DNA from: Candidatus Altimarinota bacterium | GTDB taxonomy: Bacteria > Patescibacteriota > Gracilibacteria > UBA4473 | Reading direction: 5' to 3' | Length of the DNA stretch: 64,000 nt | Assembly: GCA_965231215.1 (NCBI GenBank) | Contig: OZ246423.1 | Coordinates: forward strand, 1,184,001-1,248,000 | Notes under the pieces: generated by a model | Seen by the model: only the letters and a program-made list of their open reading frames with translations | Databases searched by the model: none | What the model was told of the DNA's origin: nothing | Made by a program: the position numbers and the translations under genes | Shown: positions 19,888-29,918 of the stretch, piece by piece | Position numbering within the stretch: the first letter of the stretch is position 1 | How the letters are laid out: each line of letters starts with the position of its first letter

Positions 19888-20982
19888 ATGAAGTCATCAT
19901 TCTTGAGGTACCAGAATTTATTACCATGGCCTATTTGGCCAGGGGTGGTGGTGTTTTTGATTTTTGTTTGGGCCTTAGGTTTTTGGGTGCCTCATGGGGT
20001 TTTGCTCTATCAAGGTGAAAATATTCTGGGACAATACGCAGGGAGTTCTAATATTTATTTTCCTTATATAGGGCTTACTATTTTTGGTATTTTTTTAGTA
20101 CAGTATTGCTTAGGTAAAACTAAATATTTACACCCTACACGAAAAATTTATGCTTTATGTTTAGTAGTATTCTTAACGCTTAATGCCATTTTTTCTTTGC
20201 AGCCAGAGATAGGAGTTTTAGGGGTAGGAATTTGGTGTATCGGTTTGCTTTGTTTGAGTCTCTCATTGGAAAGATTTTTGTATAATAATATGTGGTGGGG
20301 TGTTTACAGTTTAGGTTTGGTGTTGGGAACCGTTTTTGCTTTTGAGAATGTTTTACTCTTTGAGACTTTAGCGGTGGCACTACTTTTTTGGCAGTGGTGG
20401 GGGGGCCGGATTACGAAGAATCTTTACCTTAAAGGTATTTATTTGTTTCTGCCTTTAATTTGGAGTTTGATTTGGGGCAATTTTTATTTCTATATTTTAA
20501 TAGGAATCGTTGGTGTAGGACTCAGTTTAAGGTTTGTTACCAGAAATAGGTACACTCAAATTTGGCCGATGGCTTACCTATTGGGTTTCCTGAGTGTAGG
20601 TTTCTGGGCCTGGAAATCAGGAATGTTTTTCTGGCCAGATATATCTTGGTTTGAAGGTCCTCTATTGGAAGGCGTAGGGATAGGGCAAAGCTTTTTGGCG
20701 CAGTACAATACGTTCGAAAACATTGCCAACCCTAAATTAATTTCATTGCCTGAGTTAGGGATAACCCGAATTTGGTATGAGCAGGGAATTTTTGGAATAA
20801 TAAGTCTCTACTTTTTATGGGCCCTGGGATTTAATAAAAATACAAAGGTTGATTGGATTAAACATTTTATCTTTTGGGGGAGTACGCTCGTATTGCCGAT
20901 GAGTTTTATTTTACCCAGTAGTATTTGGATTCTCTGTTTTTGGTATTTAGCGCAGGATACTGCTCACCAAGAAATTTCGTGA
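19888..20982 (+). CDS. Polytopic membrane protein, O-antigen ligase/polymerase-like
   Basis: Many TM segments, PLLEGVGIGQ and YEQGIFG motifs resembling Wzy_C. Confidence 0.5.
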   Translation: MKSSFLRYQNLLPWPIWPGVVVFLIFVWALGFWVPHGVLLYQGENILGQYAGSSNIYFPYIGLTIFGIFLVQYCLGKTKYLHPTRKIYALCLVVFLTLNAIFSLQPEIGVLGVGIWCIGLLCLSLSLERFLYNNMWWGVYSLGLVLGTVFAFENVLLFETLAVALLFWQWWGGRITKNLYLKGIYLFLPLIWSLIWGNFYFYILIGIVGVGLSLRFVTRNRYTQIWPMAYLLGFLSVGFWAWKSGMFFWPDISWFEGPLLEGVGIGQSFLAQYNTFENIANPKLISLPELGITRIWYEQGIFGIISLYFLWALGFNKNTKVDWIKHFIFWGSTLVLPMSFILPSSIWILCFWYLAQDTAHQEIS

Positions 20983-21470
20983 TGTATATTGCCAAGGGAA
21001 TCAATAAATTTTAAAACATCTTGGGGTTTGATCTGGATACTCTTGTCATTTCTATTAGGGTGTAGGTGAAGGTATTCAGCTTCTAATAAGGAATCTTCAA
21101 TATACACCACCGTGTGGCTTTGGGTATCGCATATAAGACTAAAAGGTGAGACAGAGCCTGGGGTTGTGCCAAGGTATTTCATGAGCCTTTCGCTATCTGC
21201 AAATCCACATTTTTGTTCTGAAATTTCTCTGAATCGTGTTTTATTAAAGTCTATAGAATGAGGTAGCACTAATAAAAAGTGCTTCTTGCCATTTTTATTT
21301 CTAAGGAACAAGTTTTTACTCCTTACCCCTGGTAGGTTATTTGAGGCGTGGTATTTACTCGATACTTCACAGCTATCAAAATGTGGGTGTTCATACACGT
21401 TATAGCGAATGTTTAAACTATCAAGGCGTTCGTAGATTTTGGTTTCTACGTCAGGAAAGTTATGATTCAT
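20964..21470 (-). CDS. YbaK/ProX-family aminoacyl-tRNA deacylase
   Basis: SKNLFL, LGTTPGSVSPF, HPNRN. Confidence 0.88.
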   Translation of the reverse strand: MNHNFPDVETKIYERLDSLNIRYNVYEHPHFDSCEVSSKYHASNNLPGVRSKNLFLRNKNGKKHFLLVLPHSIDFNKTRFREISEQKCGFADSERLMKYLGTTPGSVSPFSLICDTQSHTVVYIEDSLLEAEYLHLHPNRNDKSIQIKPQDVLKFIDSLGNIHHEISW

Positions 21471-22629
21471 CGTCTTCGTTTAGTTCAGATTTTTTAGTAG
21501 GTTTTTGAGACTCCTTTTCTGCTTGTTCACGGAAAATTGAATGCGCAATTAACCAGATAAGGAGAATTACCACTAAGGCAAAAATACAAGTCATAATCCA
21601 GCTTTCATTTTCTGTAAATCGATTTTCATGATCATCACATTTATCTCCAATTTCATCGTTGTCAGAATCCTTTTGTGCTGGGTTGTGGGTGAATGGGCAG
21701 TTATCTTGAGCGGTCAACAGATTATCTTGATCTGGGTCTTCACACATATCACCTCGTTTATTTTTATCTAGATCTTTATTGCTTGGGTCCCAGTGTTTTG
21801 GACAGAGATCTTCGGTGTCAGGTAATCCATCTTCATCAAAATCTGAAATAAATAGGGGATTCTCTTTTCCATTTGGTAGCGAAAAAATCAAAGTGTCGTT
21901 TTCTACTTCAAGTGGAAGCACCTGAGCAATTTTTCGTTTGCTTTGTCCAAAATGTGGTTCATACCAAAGTCTATATTCTTTCCCTTCTTCGGCATAAAAG
22001 ATAACAGATTTTTTGTATTCAAATTCTGGGGAAGTCAACGAAATTTCATTTACTCTCAAAAAATGAGGAGTGATAAATTTAAGTTTCAAACGTTTGGGAT
22101 AAATGCCTGAAAATTTCAAAACTGACTGATAGGGGATTTTATCTATAAAGTTTTCAAATTTCCCATTTCCAAAATCAGCCTCAAGTGTCAAATATTTAGG
22201 TCTAAAAGTATCATTATCTAGGGTTATATTAAGGCCATCTACTCGTACATTTTTATTTACATGAAGCGTTATTTCATGATGTGGTACATTCGGATCAAAG
22301 GTAACAGCAGTGTCTAAATTTCTATCTCCCAAAAGGGCGGCTTTTCCCGCCACATGTCGGCTTAACGCCCCAATAAAAAAGAAGGGATCTTGTACTGATT
22401 TGAGTTGCACTCGGCTATCTAGGAAGTTGCCAGTTTTTGTTTCTTGGAGTAATACAAAATTCCCCAGAGTTTCAGTCGTTTCATATTCCACCACCTTAGG
22501 GGTGACAATCCCACTAACGGTAAAATCTATAAACTTGGCAAAACGATGAGTATTAAACTCTTCGCTTTTTGCACTAAGGCCAAAAGGCAGACTTAGGAGA
22601 ACGAAGCCGAGCAAAACATTTTTGATCAT
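21460..22629 (-). CDS. Surface protein with thrombospondin type 3 Ca-binding repeats and C-terminal TM anchor
   Basis: Signal peptide; DFDEDGLPDTEDLCP, DLDKNKRGDMC, DNCPFTHNPAQKDSDNDEIGDKCD; TM near the C-terminus. Confidence 0.85.
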   Translation of the reverse strand: MIKNVLLGFVLLSLPFGLSAKSEEFNTHRFAKFIDFTVSGIVTPKVVEYETTETLGNFVLLQETKTGNFLDSRVQLKSVQDPFFFIGALSRHVAGKAALLGDRNLDTAVTFDPNVPHHEITLHVNKNVRVDGLNITLDNDTFRPKYLTLEADFGNGKFENFIDKIPYQSVLKFSGIYPKRLKLKFITPHFLRVNEISLTSPEFEYKKSVIFYAEEGKEYRLWYEPHFGQSKRKIAQVLPLEVENDTLIFSLPNGKENPLFISDFDEDGLPDTEDLCPKHWDPSNKDLDKNKRGDMCEDPDQDNLLTAQDNCPFTHNPAQKDSDNDEIGDKCDDHENRFTENESWIMTCIFALVVILLIWLIAHSIFREQAEKESQKPTKKSELNEDDES

Positions 22630-24698
22630 TTAGTACGCTTTTGGTAATAAAAAGCAGTAGAGAGCAGGACAATACCCAGGGCAAAGAATGCCAAGAATCT
22701 AACCCAAGCCTCTAGCTGCCAGATATCGACAAGGTAGAGTTTAGCTATCACAAATAAAATAACTCCCAAGCCCATATATCTAAATTTAATCCAGTTTTGA
22801 ACCATCCCAGTAGCCAAAAGAGAAACGCCCCAGAGTAACCATAAAATGGTTCTGGCTGGTTCTTGTGTATTTTCGGCTCCGAATAAGAACACGCTTATAC
22901 TGGCCAGGCCTAAGATTGTATAAATAACCCAATTTTGAGTTTTTGGATTTTGAGGAAGGTCTTTGCCTTCCAAAAAGAAGCTCGCAAGCACAATGAAGTT
23001 TGTAGCCAAAATTAATAGCAGACTAAGAGCCTTAGAGATAGCGTTTCCATCCCCATTTAAGGTGACGCTCCAAACAATAAAATTCATAAAAACCAAAATT
23101 CCAAGTCCCAGCATTCGAGAAATTTCAGATTTAGTTTTGAGTACAGAATAAGCTAATCCCGCAGCCCAAATACATCCTGGAATAAGAGTCACAAATTCTA
23201 AGAGAGGGGAATTTAGTATATCGTTGAGTTCATGGCTCCACTCAATAATCACAATCGTAGAAAGTATAACCGCTGTTATGGCCCAGACTTTATGGGAGAG
23301 TAGTTTTTTCGCCTCTAGAGAAAACCCTAAAGCGCCTATCAAAATAGAGGCTGCAAGCGTTTCCCAAAGGAAGCTGCTCCTGAATTCTTGACTAAATATA
23401 AAAGCCAAAACTAACGCCCCTCGGCCAAAATAAGCAAACACATTTTCATTAGTCCATCGTGCCGCCATAACCATAAGTATTCCTTCCAGCGCTAACACAA
23501 ATATCATCATAAAGTCAGATTCGGCCTTCATTTCCCAGAAGGTAGCAAACAAAATAGAAGTAAGGGTTGCCCCAAGGGTAATTTTGAAGAGGAGCTCCCA
23601 TTTTTGGGATTTAAAGTACTCACTTAAACCATACAGCCCTAGCCCTTGAGCCAGAACAAAGAATCCAAAGTGAGACCAACCTTCATGATCAAAAACCGCA
23701 TAGGCTAATATATTAGCCACCAATAAACTCCCACTAAAGAGGAGCGCCTCTAGACCATCAACACCAGAGAGCTTTGAAATACTTTGGTTTGCTTTAGTTT
23801 TAATAAGTCGAACCAGCCCGCCACTTCCAAGAAGCAAGTGCAGCACATAGATAAATCCAAGTAAAAGGAGCGGGTCAATCAAGTCTTTGTTTTGGGTGAC
23901 TACAATGCCTGTTTCAAAACCAATAATGCCTAAGGCCAGTAGCGCCAAAATTTCAATCCATTGTTTATGGGCCGCTACTACAAATCCACCAGCGGCTAAG
24001 ATGGTTAAAAACCCAAGTAAGCCAACCGCATTTGGCTCCGAGCTATTGGTAAGGAGTGGGGCAATAAGACCGCCTGCAATAGCAAAATTAGCGAGTAATC
24101 GAGAATTATAACGCAGGGCCAAGATCACGCCAGTAGCAACTTCTAAACTGTATAATACCAGGCTTGAGGTGGCACTAATAAATTCATAATGATACCGAGC
24201 TACAAAAGTAACAATAATCAGACTGGTGACTCCACCAGCCGTAATAAAAGGCGCAAACTTTGGATGCTTGCCTCGAATAAATTCCCCAAGGGCTAGTAAT
24301 CCTAAACCAAATATAGCGCCAACTCCTATCTGACCTCTCGGGCCAATGTACCCATTGGCAAAAGCCCACATAGTAAAGAAACCAACAGCTAAAATAATCG
24401 ACAAGGTGCCAAGTATCGCAAAGAACTTTCGTCCCAAAAAATCTTCTAGCTGAAATTCTGATTTTTTAACCACCTTAGAGCTTTTCGTGGTTTTAGCCGT
24501 AACTCTATCGCCTTTTTCCCAGGGAAGATTAATCTCACTTTTGGGTGAGGCTGCTGGAGTTTCAGAAGTTTTAGGAACGGTATTATCTGCTTTTGAGGTA
24601 TGTGTATGAGTTTGATCTTGCAGGGCCTTTACTTTTTTTTGTAAAGACCAAACCCAGATAAATAATGTCACTGTTGCCAAGAAAAGAAGGCCTTCCAT
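22626..24698 (-). CDS. DUF2339-family polytopic membrane protein
   Basis: LEDFLGRK..LG...GFF, IGPRGQIG, KLYLVDIWQL..RFLAF..LG..LL...F.YQ. Confidence 0.85.
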   Translation of the reverse strand: MEGLLFLATVTLFIWVWSLQKKVKALQDQTHTHTSKADNTVPKTSETPAASPKSEINLPWEKGDRVTAKTTKSSKVVKKSEFQLEDFLGRKFFAILGTLSIILAVGFFTMWAFANGYIGPRGQIGVGAIFGLGLLALGEFIRGKHPKFAPFITAGGVTSLIIVTFVARYHYEFISATSSLVLYSLEVATGVILALRYNSRLLANFAIAGGLIAPLLTNSSEPNAVGLLGFLTILAAGGFVVAAHKQWIEILALLALGIIGFETGIVVTQNKDLIDPLLLLGFIYVLHLLLGSGGLVRLIKTKANQSISKLSGVDGLEALLFSGSLLVANILAYAVFDHEGWSHFGFFVLAQGLGLYGLSEYFKSQKWELLFKITLGATLTSILFATFWEMKAESDFMMIFVLALEGILMVMAARWTNENVFAYFGRGALVLAFIFSQEFRSSFLWETLAASILIGALGFSLEAKKLLSHKVWAITAVILSTIVIIEWSHELNDILNSPLLEFVTLIPGCIWAAGLAYSVLKTKSEISRMLGLGILVFMNFIVWSVTLNGDGNAISKALSLLLILATNFIVLASFFLEGKDLPQNPKTQNWVIYTILGLASISVFLFGAENTQEPARTILWLLWGVSLLATGMVQNWIKFRYMGLGVILFVIAKLYLVDIWQLEAWVRFLAFFALGIVLLSTAFYYQKRTK

Positions 24699-24710
24699 TA
24701 ACCAAGTAAA

Positions 24711-24998
24711 TTAATTATGTTTTTTGAGCCAGTACCAGAGATCTCTTGCTCCAAAATAGCTTTTGAAAGCCCAGTAATTTGCGCCTAAAAAGCCAACACT
24801 CAGCACCAATAGAAGGCACCAAGTAGGAGCGAACCATTTTGGAAATACAAAAAATTGAAGCCCTAATACCAAAACCATTAAAAAAAGAGCCAACACATTC
24901 CCCCCTATAACGAGGGCAACCATATAGGTATCTTCATTGTACTTGGGTTTGGTCATTTTGTTTTTTATCATTCTATAGCTTTTTGGGTGGCAAAACAA
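24711..24998 (-). CDS. Small two-TM hypothetical protein
   Basis: Two hydrophobic segments; co-oriented between fmt and the DUF2339 gene; start uncertain. Confidence 0.6.
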   Translation of the reverse strand: MFCHPKSYRMIKNKMTKPKYNEDTYMVALVIGGNVLALFLMVLVLGLQFFVFPKWFAPTWCLLLVLSVGFLGANYWAFKSYFGARDLWYWLKKHN

Positions 24999-25878
24999 AG
25001 ATTTTAGGATGGCCTCTTAATATTTCATTAATAGGCATAGGCGTTTTGCCAGGCAGTTGAGCTTCTTGAATAAAAATATGGCTAGCGTCTTTACACGGAA
25101 GCAAATGATCATTTCCTTGTGTATGCTTTGATATTTTTTTGAGCTTCATGGCTCCAGCAGTTGTCTCCAAAAAAATCCCTGGCCAAGGATCAAACGCTAA
25201 ATATTTTTGATAAATGGTAGTAGCAGATTCCTCATAGGGATGAATTTCCCCATCTGATTTTTTAAACTTTGTACAAAACGTCGCCTCATCTTCATTTTGT
25301 GGTTGAGCCTTCAGTTGTTTCTTGAAGTAGGATTCTAAAAATTCAGGGAAGTAGGTAGCGGTCTCTTGAGCAAAAAATTCCCAAAGGGTGCCCGTGGTTT
25401 TATTTTTAATTTCATATTCTTTCTGAAAGTAGACATCTCCGGCATCTAATTCAGCTACCATTCGCTGCCAGGTAATTCCCGAAATCGTATCACCATTTAG
25501 GAGAGCACTCTGTACTGGTGAAGCTCCACGGTACTGTGGGAGCAGTGAGAAGTGAACATTAATCACTCCCATCTGAGGAATATGCAAAATGCTCTCGGGG
25601 AAAATCATCCCAAAGGCAATCACAATACCCAGGTCAAAATCTTGAGTTTCAAATAATTTCACCAACCTATCTTTATCTTCAATCTCAAAAAGAGGAAGTT
25701 CTAATTCCTCGGCTACAACTTTAACGGGGCAGGGAGTTAGTTTTTGTTTTCTTCCAACGGGCTTGTCAGGCAGTACGCCTACCCCTACTATTTCAACACT
25801 TGTATCTTTGACTAAAGCTTCAAGTGATGGCACGGCAATTTCAGGCGTTCCAAAGAAGAAAATTTTTTTTCGTATCAT
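24973..25878 (-). CDS. fmt: Methionyl-tRNA formyltransferase
   Basis: FFGTPEIA, PDKPVGR, INVHFSLLPQYRGASP, LDAGD, AFDPWPG. Confidence 0.95.
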   Translation of the reverse strand: MIRKKIFFFGTPEIAVPSLEALVKDTSVEIVGVGVLPDKPVGRKQKLTPCPVKVVAEELELPLFEIEDKDRLVKLFETQDFDLGIVIAFGMIFPESILHIPQMGVINVHFSLLPQYRGASPVQSALLNGDTISGITWQRMVAELDAGDVYFQKEYEIKNKTTGTLWEFFAQETATYFPEFLESYFKKQLKAQPQNEDEATFCTKFKKSDGEIHPYEESATTIYQKYLAFDPWPGIFLETTAGAMKLKKISKHTQGNDHLLPCKDASHIFIQEAQLPGKTPMPINEILRGHPKIFVLPPKKL

Positions 25879-25898
25879 GCTGGTATTATTATAGAGTC

Positions 25899-26522
25899 AT
25901 GCAGTTGAATTTAAAAGTGATTGAGGAAGTTCGAAAAGCGCAGAAATATTTGGTAGTGGTTACTAAATATTTAGACAAAAACACCACCGACACGATACTG
26001 TCTGAGTTACAAACCTATAGTGAAGTTATTGGAGTAGGGGAGAACCGCACAGAAACCCTAGCCGTAAAAAATCTTCCTAAAAAATGGGTTCACTATATTG
26101 GCCGAATTCAGTCACGCAAAATCCCAGAAATTATAGCACACTGTTCTGTGGTTCATAGTTTGGCGCACATAAAGCATGCCAAAATTTTTTCAGAAAAATT
26201 AGGAACTCAAACCTTAGATTTTTTTATTCAGGTAAACGTTTCGGGTGATCCACACAAAGAGGGGATTGCCCCTCAAGAATTACCGGATTTTTTAGAGGCT
26301 ATCTCCGAATTTAAAAATCTAAACATTAGAGGCCTTAGTGCTATGGGATGGGGTGATTTTTCAACTAATCAAAAACGAAAAGAGTTTCAAGATCTTATAG
26401 ATTTGAAAAATCAATACCTGCCAAATACAAAAACCTCAGCCGGTACTTCGCGGGATTATCCTATAGCCTTAGAAGCCGGAATAGATATAGTGAGGGTAGG
26501 ACAAGCTTGTTTTATGGATTGA
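25899..26522 (+). CDS. yggS: YggS/PLPBP pyridoxal phosphate homeostasis protein
   Basis: VVVTKY, GENR, HYIGRIQSRK, IQVNVS, SAGTSRDY..A...G...VRVG; start MQLNL at 25899. Confidence 0.9.
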   Translation: MQLNLKVIEEVRKAQKYLVVVTKYLDKNTTDTILSELQTYSEVIGVGENRTETLAVKNLPKKWVHYIGRIQSRKIPEIIAHCSVVHSLAHIKHAKIFSEKLGTQTLDFFIQVNVSGDPHKEGIAPQELPDFLEAISEFKNLNIRGLSAMGWGDFSTNQKRKEFQDLIDLKNQYLPNTKTSAGTSRDYPIALEAGIDIVRVGQACFMD

Positions 26523-26559
26523 GACATTCCTTTTTGACCAAATTTGTTTTTTTTACTAT

Positions 26560-27474
26560 ATGTCGAATGTCATGCCAAAAGCTCAAACTCCAAAGTTTAA
26601 ATCAGTAGCTATCTACTGTCACCACAAACCTGAAAAAGAAAAGGCAGAAGCGGCCTTTATGCGTGATATGCTTCGTTTTTTTCATGCACAAGGGATCAAA
26701 CAAATTCATGGAGACGTGCGTACAGTTTCTATGATGCACAATGTTATTGGTATGATTGATGATGAAAAAAAATATGATCTAAAGATTGGCATAGGAGGGG
26801 ATGGAACCCTCCTCAAGATGATGCGGACATTGCAAAAAAAAGATGGTCTTCTTTTGGGGATTAACTTTGGGACACTCGGGTTTTTGTCTGAGCTCAACCC
26901 AGATAACGCGATGAAAGGGTTAGAAAAAATTTTTAAAGGAGACTTTAATATAGACCAAAGAATGCTTATCAAAGGGTTTGTCTTTAGAAAGGATGCTAAA
27001 GGCAAAAAACAAAAAGTTTTTAGAGCTTACGGATTAAATGAGATTGTATTTGGGCACGGGGGACAGGCTCGTCTGACTAATTTTAACGTCAAAATTAATC
27101 GTCGATTTCTTTCTACCTACCGGAGTGATGGTTTGATTTTTTCAACGCCAACAGGCTCTACTGCTTATTCTATGAGTGCTGGAGGCCCCATTATGTCGCC
27201 AAGACTATCAGCGCTTTCCATTACGCCTGTAGCTCCACACAGATTAAGCCATAGGCCGATTGTACTGCCTGGAGAAAGTATTATTCACATGAATTTTGAC
27301 GCTCGAGTAGACGCTATCAGTATGACCATTGATGGTCAGATTCATTTCTCACTGAAATCTACGGATGAAATCACACTCCAAAGAGCCACACGTACAGCCA
27401 AATTTATAAGGCTTCGCGAATCTCACTATTTTCGAACGCTGAGAAATAAACTTGGATGGGGGGAAAAAGGGTAG
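26560..27474 (+). CDS. nadK: NAD kinase
   Basis: GGDGT, GINFGTLGFL, LNE, DGLIFSTPTGSTAYSMSAGGP. Confidence 0.95.
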   Translation: MSNVMPKAQTPKFKSVAIYCHHKPEKEKAEAAFMRDMLRFFHAQGIKQIHGDVRTVSMMHNVIGMIDDEKKYDLKIGIGGDGTLLKMMRTLQKKDGLLLGINFGTLGFLSELNPDNAMKGLEKIFKGDFNIDQRMLIKGFVFRKDAKGKKQKVFRAYGLNEIVFGHGGQARLTNFNVKINRRFLSTYRSDGLIFSTPTGSTAYSMSAGGPIMSPRLSALSITPVAPHRLSHRPIVLPGESIIHMNFDARVDAISMTIDGQIHFSLKSTDEITLQRATRTAKFIRLRESHYFRTLRNKLGWGEKG

Positions 27475-27489
27475 GATTTTTGAAAATAC

Positions 27490-28410
27490 CTAAACTTTCA
27501 AATGGGGGATAATCTGTTTTTTCCGAGAGACAATTCCCGGCAGTATGACCGTGTCCCCTTCAACAGTGCAATTGAAGGATTTTTCGGCCATTTGTTTAGT
27601 CGCTTCATTGGGCACTAATAAAGTGGCTTGTTCATTGAGAATATCTATGATGAAAAGAAAAGCTTGTTCTAGGTTTTCTTTTTCACAGACACTTGCCTGA
27701 GCCGCCATTAAAGCTTCTTTTCGGTCAAGTAAGACTTTAGGGGCAGCGGTTTCTAGCACACCAACTCGGTACAGAGAACCAGAAAATTCCGCCACTTTAC
27801 TGTCCATAGTGACAAGTGCTTCATCAGAGAAGCCTGAAATATCAGATTTAGCTTCAAACATTTTATTAGCATACTCATTGATATCTATACCCAAGCTGTG
27901 GGCTAGTCCCGAAGCTAAGGTTTCATCAAATTGAGTTGTAGTAGGACTTCTAAATTTAAGCGTATCGGATAGAACACATGATAGCATTAACCCTTTAATG
28001 GGCTCAGGAACATCATCCATATGATCAGTCATAAGGTAAGCAAAAACAGAAGCTGTTGAAGCTATAGGTCTAATAGTAACATTTACTACATACGAAGTCT
28101 TTATATTCCCGAGGAGTCTATGGTGGTCAATGATTTGTAAAATTTCACTCTGTGCTAAACCATCAGGGAGTTCTTCAGCATTATTAGTATCCACAATAAC
28201 GACTTGATCTCCTTTCCCCACAGATTCAATAATTTCAGGCGCCTCAACTTTCCAGTAATCTAGAACGAATTTAGTTTCGGGATTAAGTTCTCCCAAAACA
28301 TAAGGAGTGGCTGGTTTTTTTAGAATCTCGGAATAGTACCAAGCCCCGATTATGGCTGAACCTGTTGCATCCGTATCAGGAGATTTGTGACCGAAAATTT
28401 TAATTGTCAT
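27490..28410 (-). CDS. ppaC: Mn-dependent inorganic pyrophosphatase (family II)
   Basis: GHKSPDTD, DHH, SDTL.FRSPTTT, SRKKQ. Confidence 0.95.
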   Translation of the reverse strand: MTIKIFGHKSPDTDATGSAIIGAWYYSEILKKPATPYVLGELNPETKFVLDYWKVEAPEIIESVGKGDQVVIVDTNNAEELPDGLAQSEILQIIDHHRLLGNIKTSYVVNVTIRPIASTASVFAYLMTDHMDDVPEPIKGLMLSCVLSDTLKFRSPTTTQFDETLASGLAHSLGIDINEYANKMFEAKSDISGFSDEALVTMDSKVAEFSGSLYRVGVLETAAPKVLLDRKEALMAAQASVCEKENLEQAFLFIIDILNEQATLLVPNEATKQMAEKSFNCTVEGDTVILPGIVSRKKQIIPHLKV

Positions 28411-28523
28411 TTGTGTAAATAATTCATTTTAATATGGTGGCTTTCCTCAGGTTGGATCAAACACAACCCACATGATTCTATTTTTTATCAGACTCTGAGC
28501 AAGCCCGAGTGTTGTTTGCAAAT

Positions 28524-29684
28524 TTAACTCTTCAGAACTTCAATCCCTGGTAAATCCTTGCCTTCCAAAAATTCAAGCATGGCCCCACCTCCAGTCGAAA
28601 CATGCGTAAAAGCGGTTTTATCCACTCCAAATTTTTTAAGTGCGTCCAGCGTATCTCCGCCACCTAAAATGGTTTGAGCTGATTTTTGAGCGGCAATGAC
28701 CTTGAGGATATCGCGGGTGCCATCAGCAAAGCTTTGGAATTCAAAACACCCAAGAGGGCCGTTCCAAATGATGGTTTTACTGTGATTCAAAATTTCTTGA
28801 TAACTTTTTACTGTGTGTGGACCGATATCAAAAATTTTCATATTCCCCATAACATCTTCACTCGGGACAATCACACGATCTAAGCTTTCCATAGCCTCAC
28901 CACAAACCACATCAATGGGCAGATGAAAACCCGTTTTGTTTTTTTGGGCTAGTTTTAAAATTTTTCGAGCAATTTCATGCTGTTCTTCTTCCTGAAAGCT
29001 TTCCCCAACATTAAACCCCTGAGCTGCCAAAAAAGTATTAGCTAGAGCTCCCCCAATAAGAATATTGCTAGCGGTTTTAGCAAAATGTTCTAATACTTTT
29101 ACTTTGGTTTCAATTTTGGCGCCGCCAATAACAACCGTAAGGCCTTCAATGCGCTTCTCAGAGAGAAAAGGGGAGAGGTGTTCAATTTCTTTTTGGAGTA
29201 AAAATCCAGGGTAGGCAGGCAGAAAGCTGGCCAGGCCAATTACCGAAGCATGGCCTCTATGAGAAACGGCAAACCCATCATTGATAAATATATCAGCACC
29301 AAGGCCTAGTAGTTGTTGTGTGAAGGCTGGATCGTTCTTTTTTTCACCGGCATAAAATCGCATATTTTCATGAAGCTGAATTTTTTCCTTCCCGGCCTTG
29401 AGGTTTTCTTGAAATTTGACGTTTGCACCTAGTAATTTTTCGAGTTCAGAGATAACTACTTTGAGTGAAAACTTTGGATCTGGTTCTCCTTTTGGTCTAC
29501 CAAGGTGAGAAAGGATATGAATCTGTTTAGCCCCGTTATCTAGGCAATATTTTAGAGTTGGGATGGATGCTTCAATTCGAGTATTTTCAGAAACTTTTCC
29601 ATTATCTACCGGTACGTTGAAATCAACGCGGATGGCAATGACCTTATCTTTAACCACGTCGGGGGTGAGGCGTTTTATGTGCAT
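28524..29684 (-). CDS. pgk: Phosphoglycerate kinase
   Basis: RVDFNVP, SHLGRP, GGAK, WNGP, GGGDT, HVSTGGGA; start MHIKRL at 29684. Confidence 0.96.
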   Translation of the reverse strand: MHIKRLTPDVVKDKVIAIRVDFNVPVDNGKVSENTRIEASIPTLKYCLDNGAKQIHILSHLGRPKGEPDPKFSLKVVISELEKLLGANVKFQENLKAGKEKIQLHENMRFYAGEKKNDPAFTQQLLGLGADIFINDGFAVSHRGHASVIGLASFLPAYPGFLLQKEIEHLSPFLSEKRIEGLTVVIGGAKIETKVKVLEHFAKTASNILIGGALANTFLAAQGFNVGESFQEEEQHEIARKILKLAQKNKTGFHLPIDVVCGEAMESLDRVIVPSEDVMGNMKIFDIGPHTVKSYQEILNHSKTIIWNGPLGCFEFQSFADGTRDILKVIAAQKSAQTILGGGDTLDALKKFGVDKTAFTHVSTGGGAMLEFLEGKDLPGIEVLKS

Positions 29685-29746
29685 GAGAGATATAATAATC
29701 AAATCATGCAAATTCTAAGAATTGTTTACTCTAAGGCAAAATAAAA

Positions 29747-29914
29747 CTAAGTTTCGGTAGATTCTATTTCATCGGCTAAATTAGCCAGCTCTTCGTCTAG
29801 CTCTCGCTCGGCATCATATTTGGAGGATTCTTGCTCTTCTTGCGATTGATTATAAAAGCTCATGGTTTTTTGAGCCACTTCTTTTGCAATTTGAGCTTTT
29901 GCTTTAGTATCCAT
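29747..29914 (-). CDS. Small acidic hypothetical protein directly downstream of the 1470-aa gene
   Basis: MDTKAK... start 4 nt after the upstream stop; 55-aa helical, acidic C-terminus. Confidence 0.5.
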   Translation of the reverse strand: MDTKAKAQIAKEVAQKTMSFYNQSQEEQESSKYDAERELDEELANLADEIESTET

Positions 29915-29918
29915 TTTT

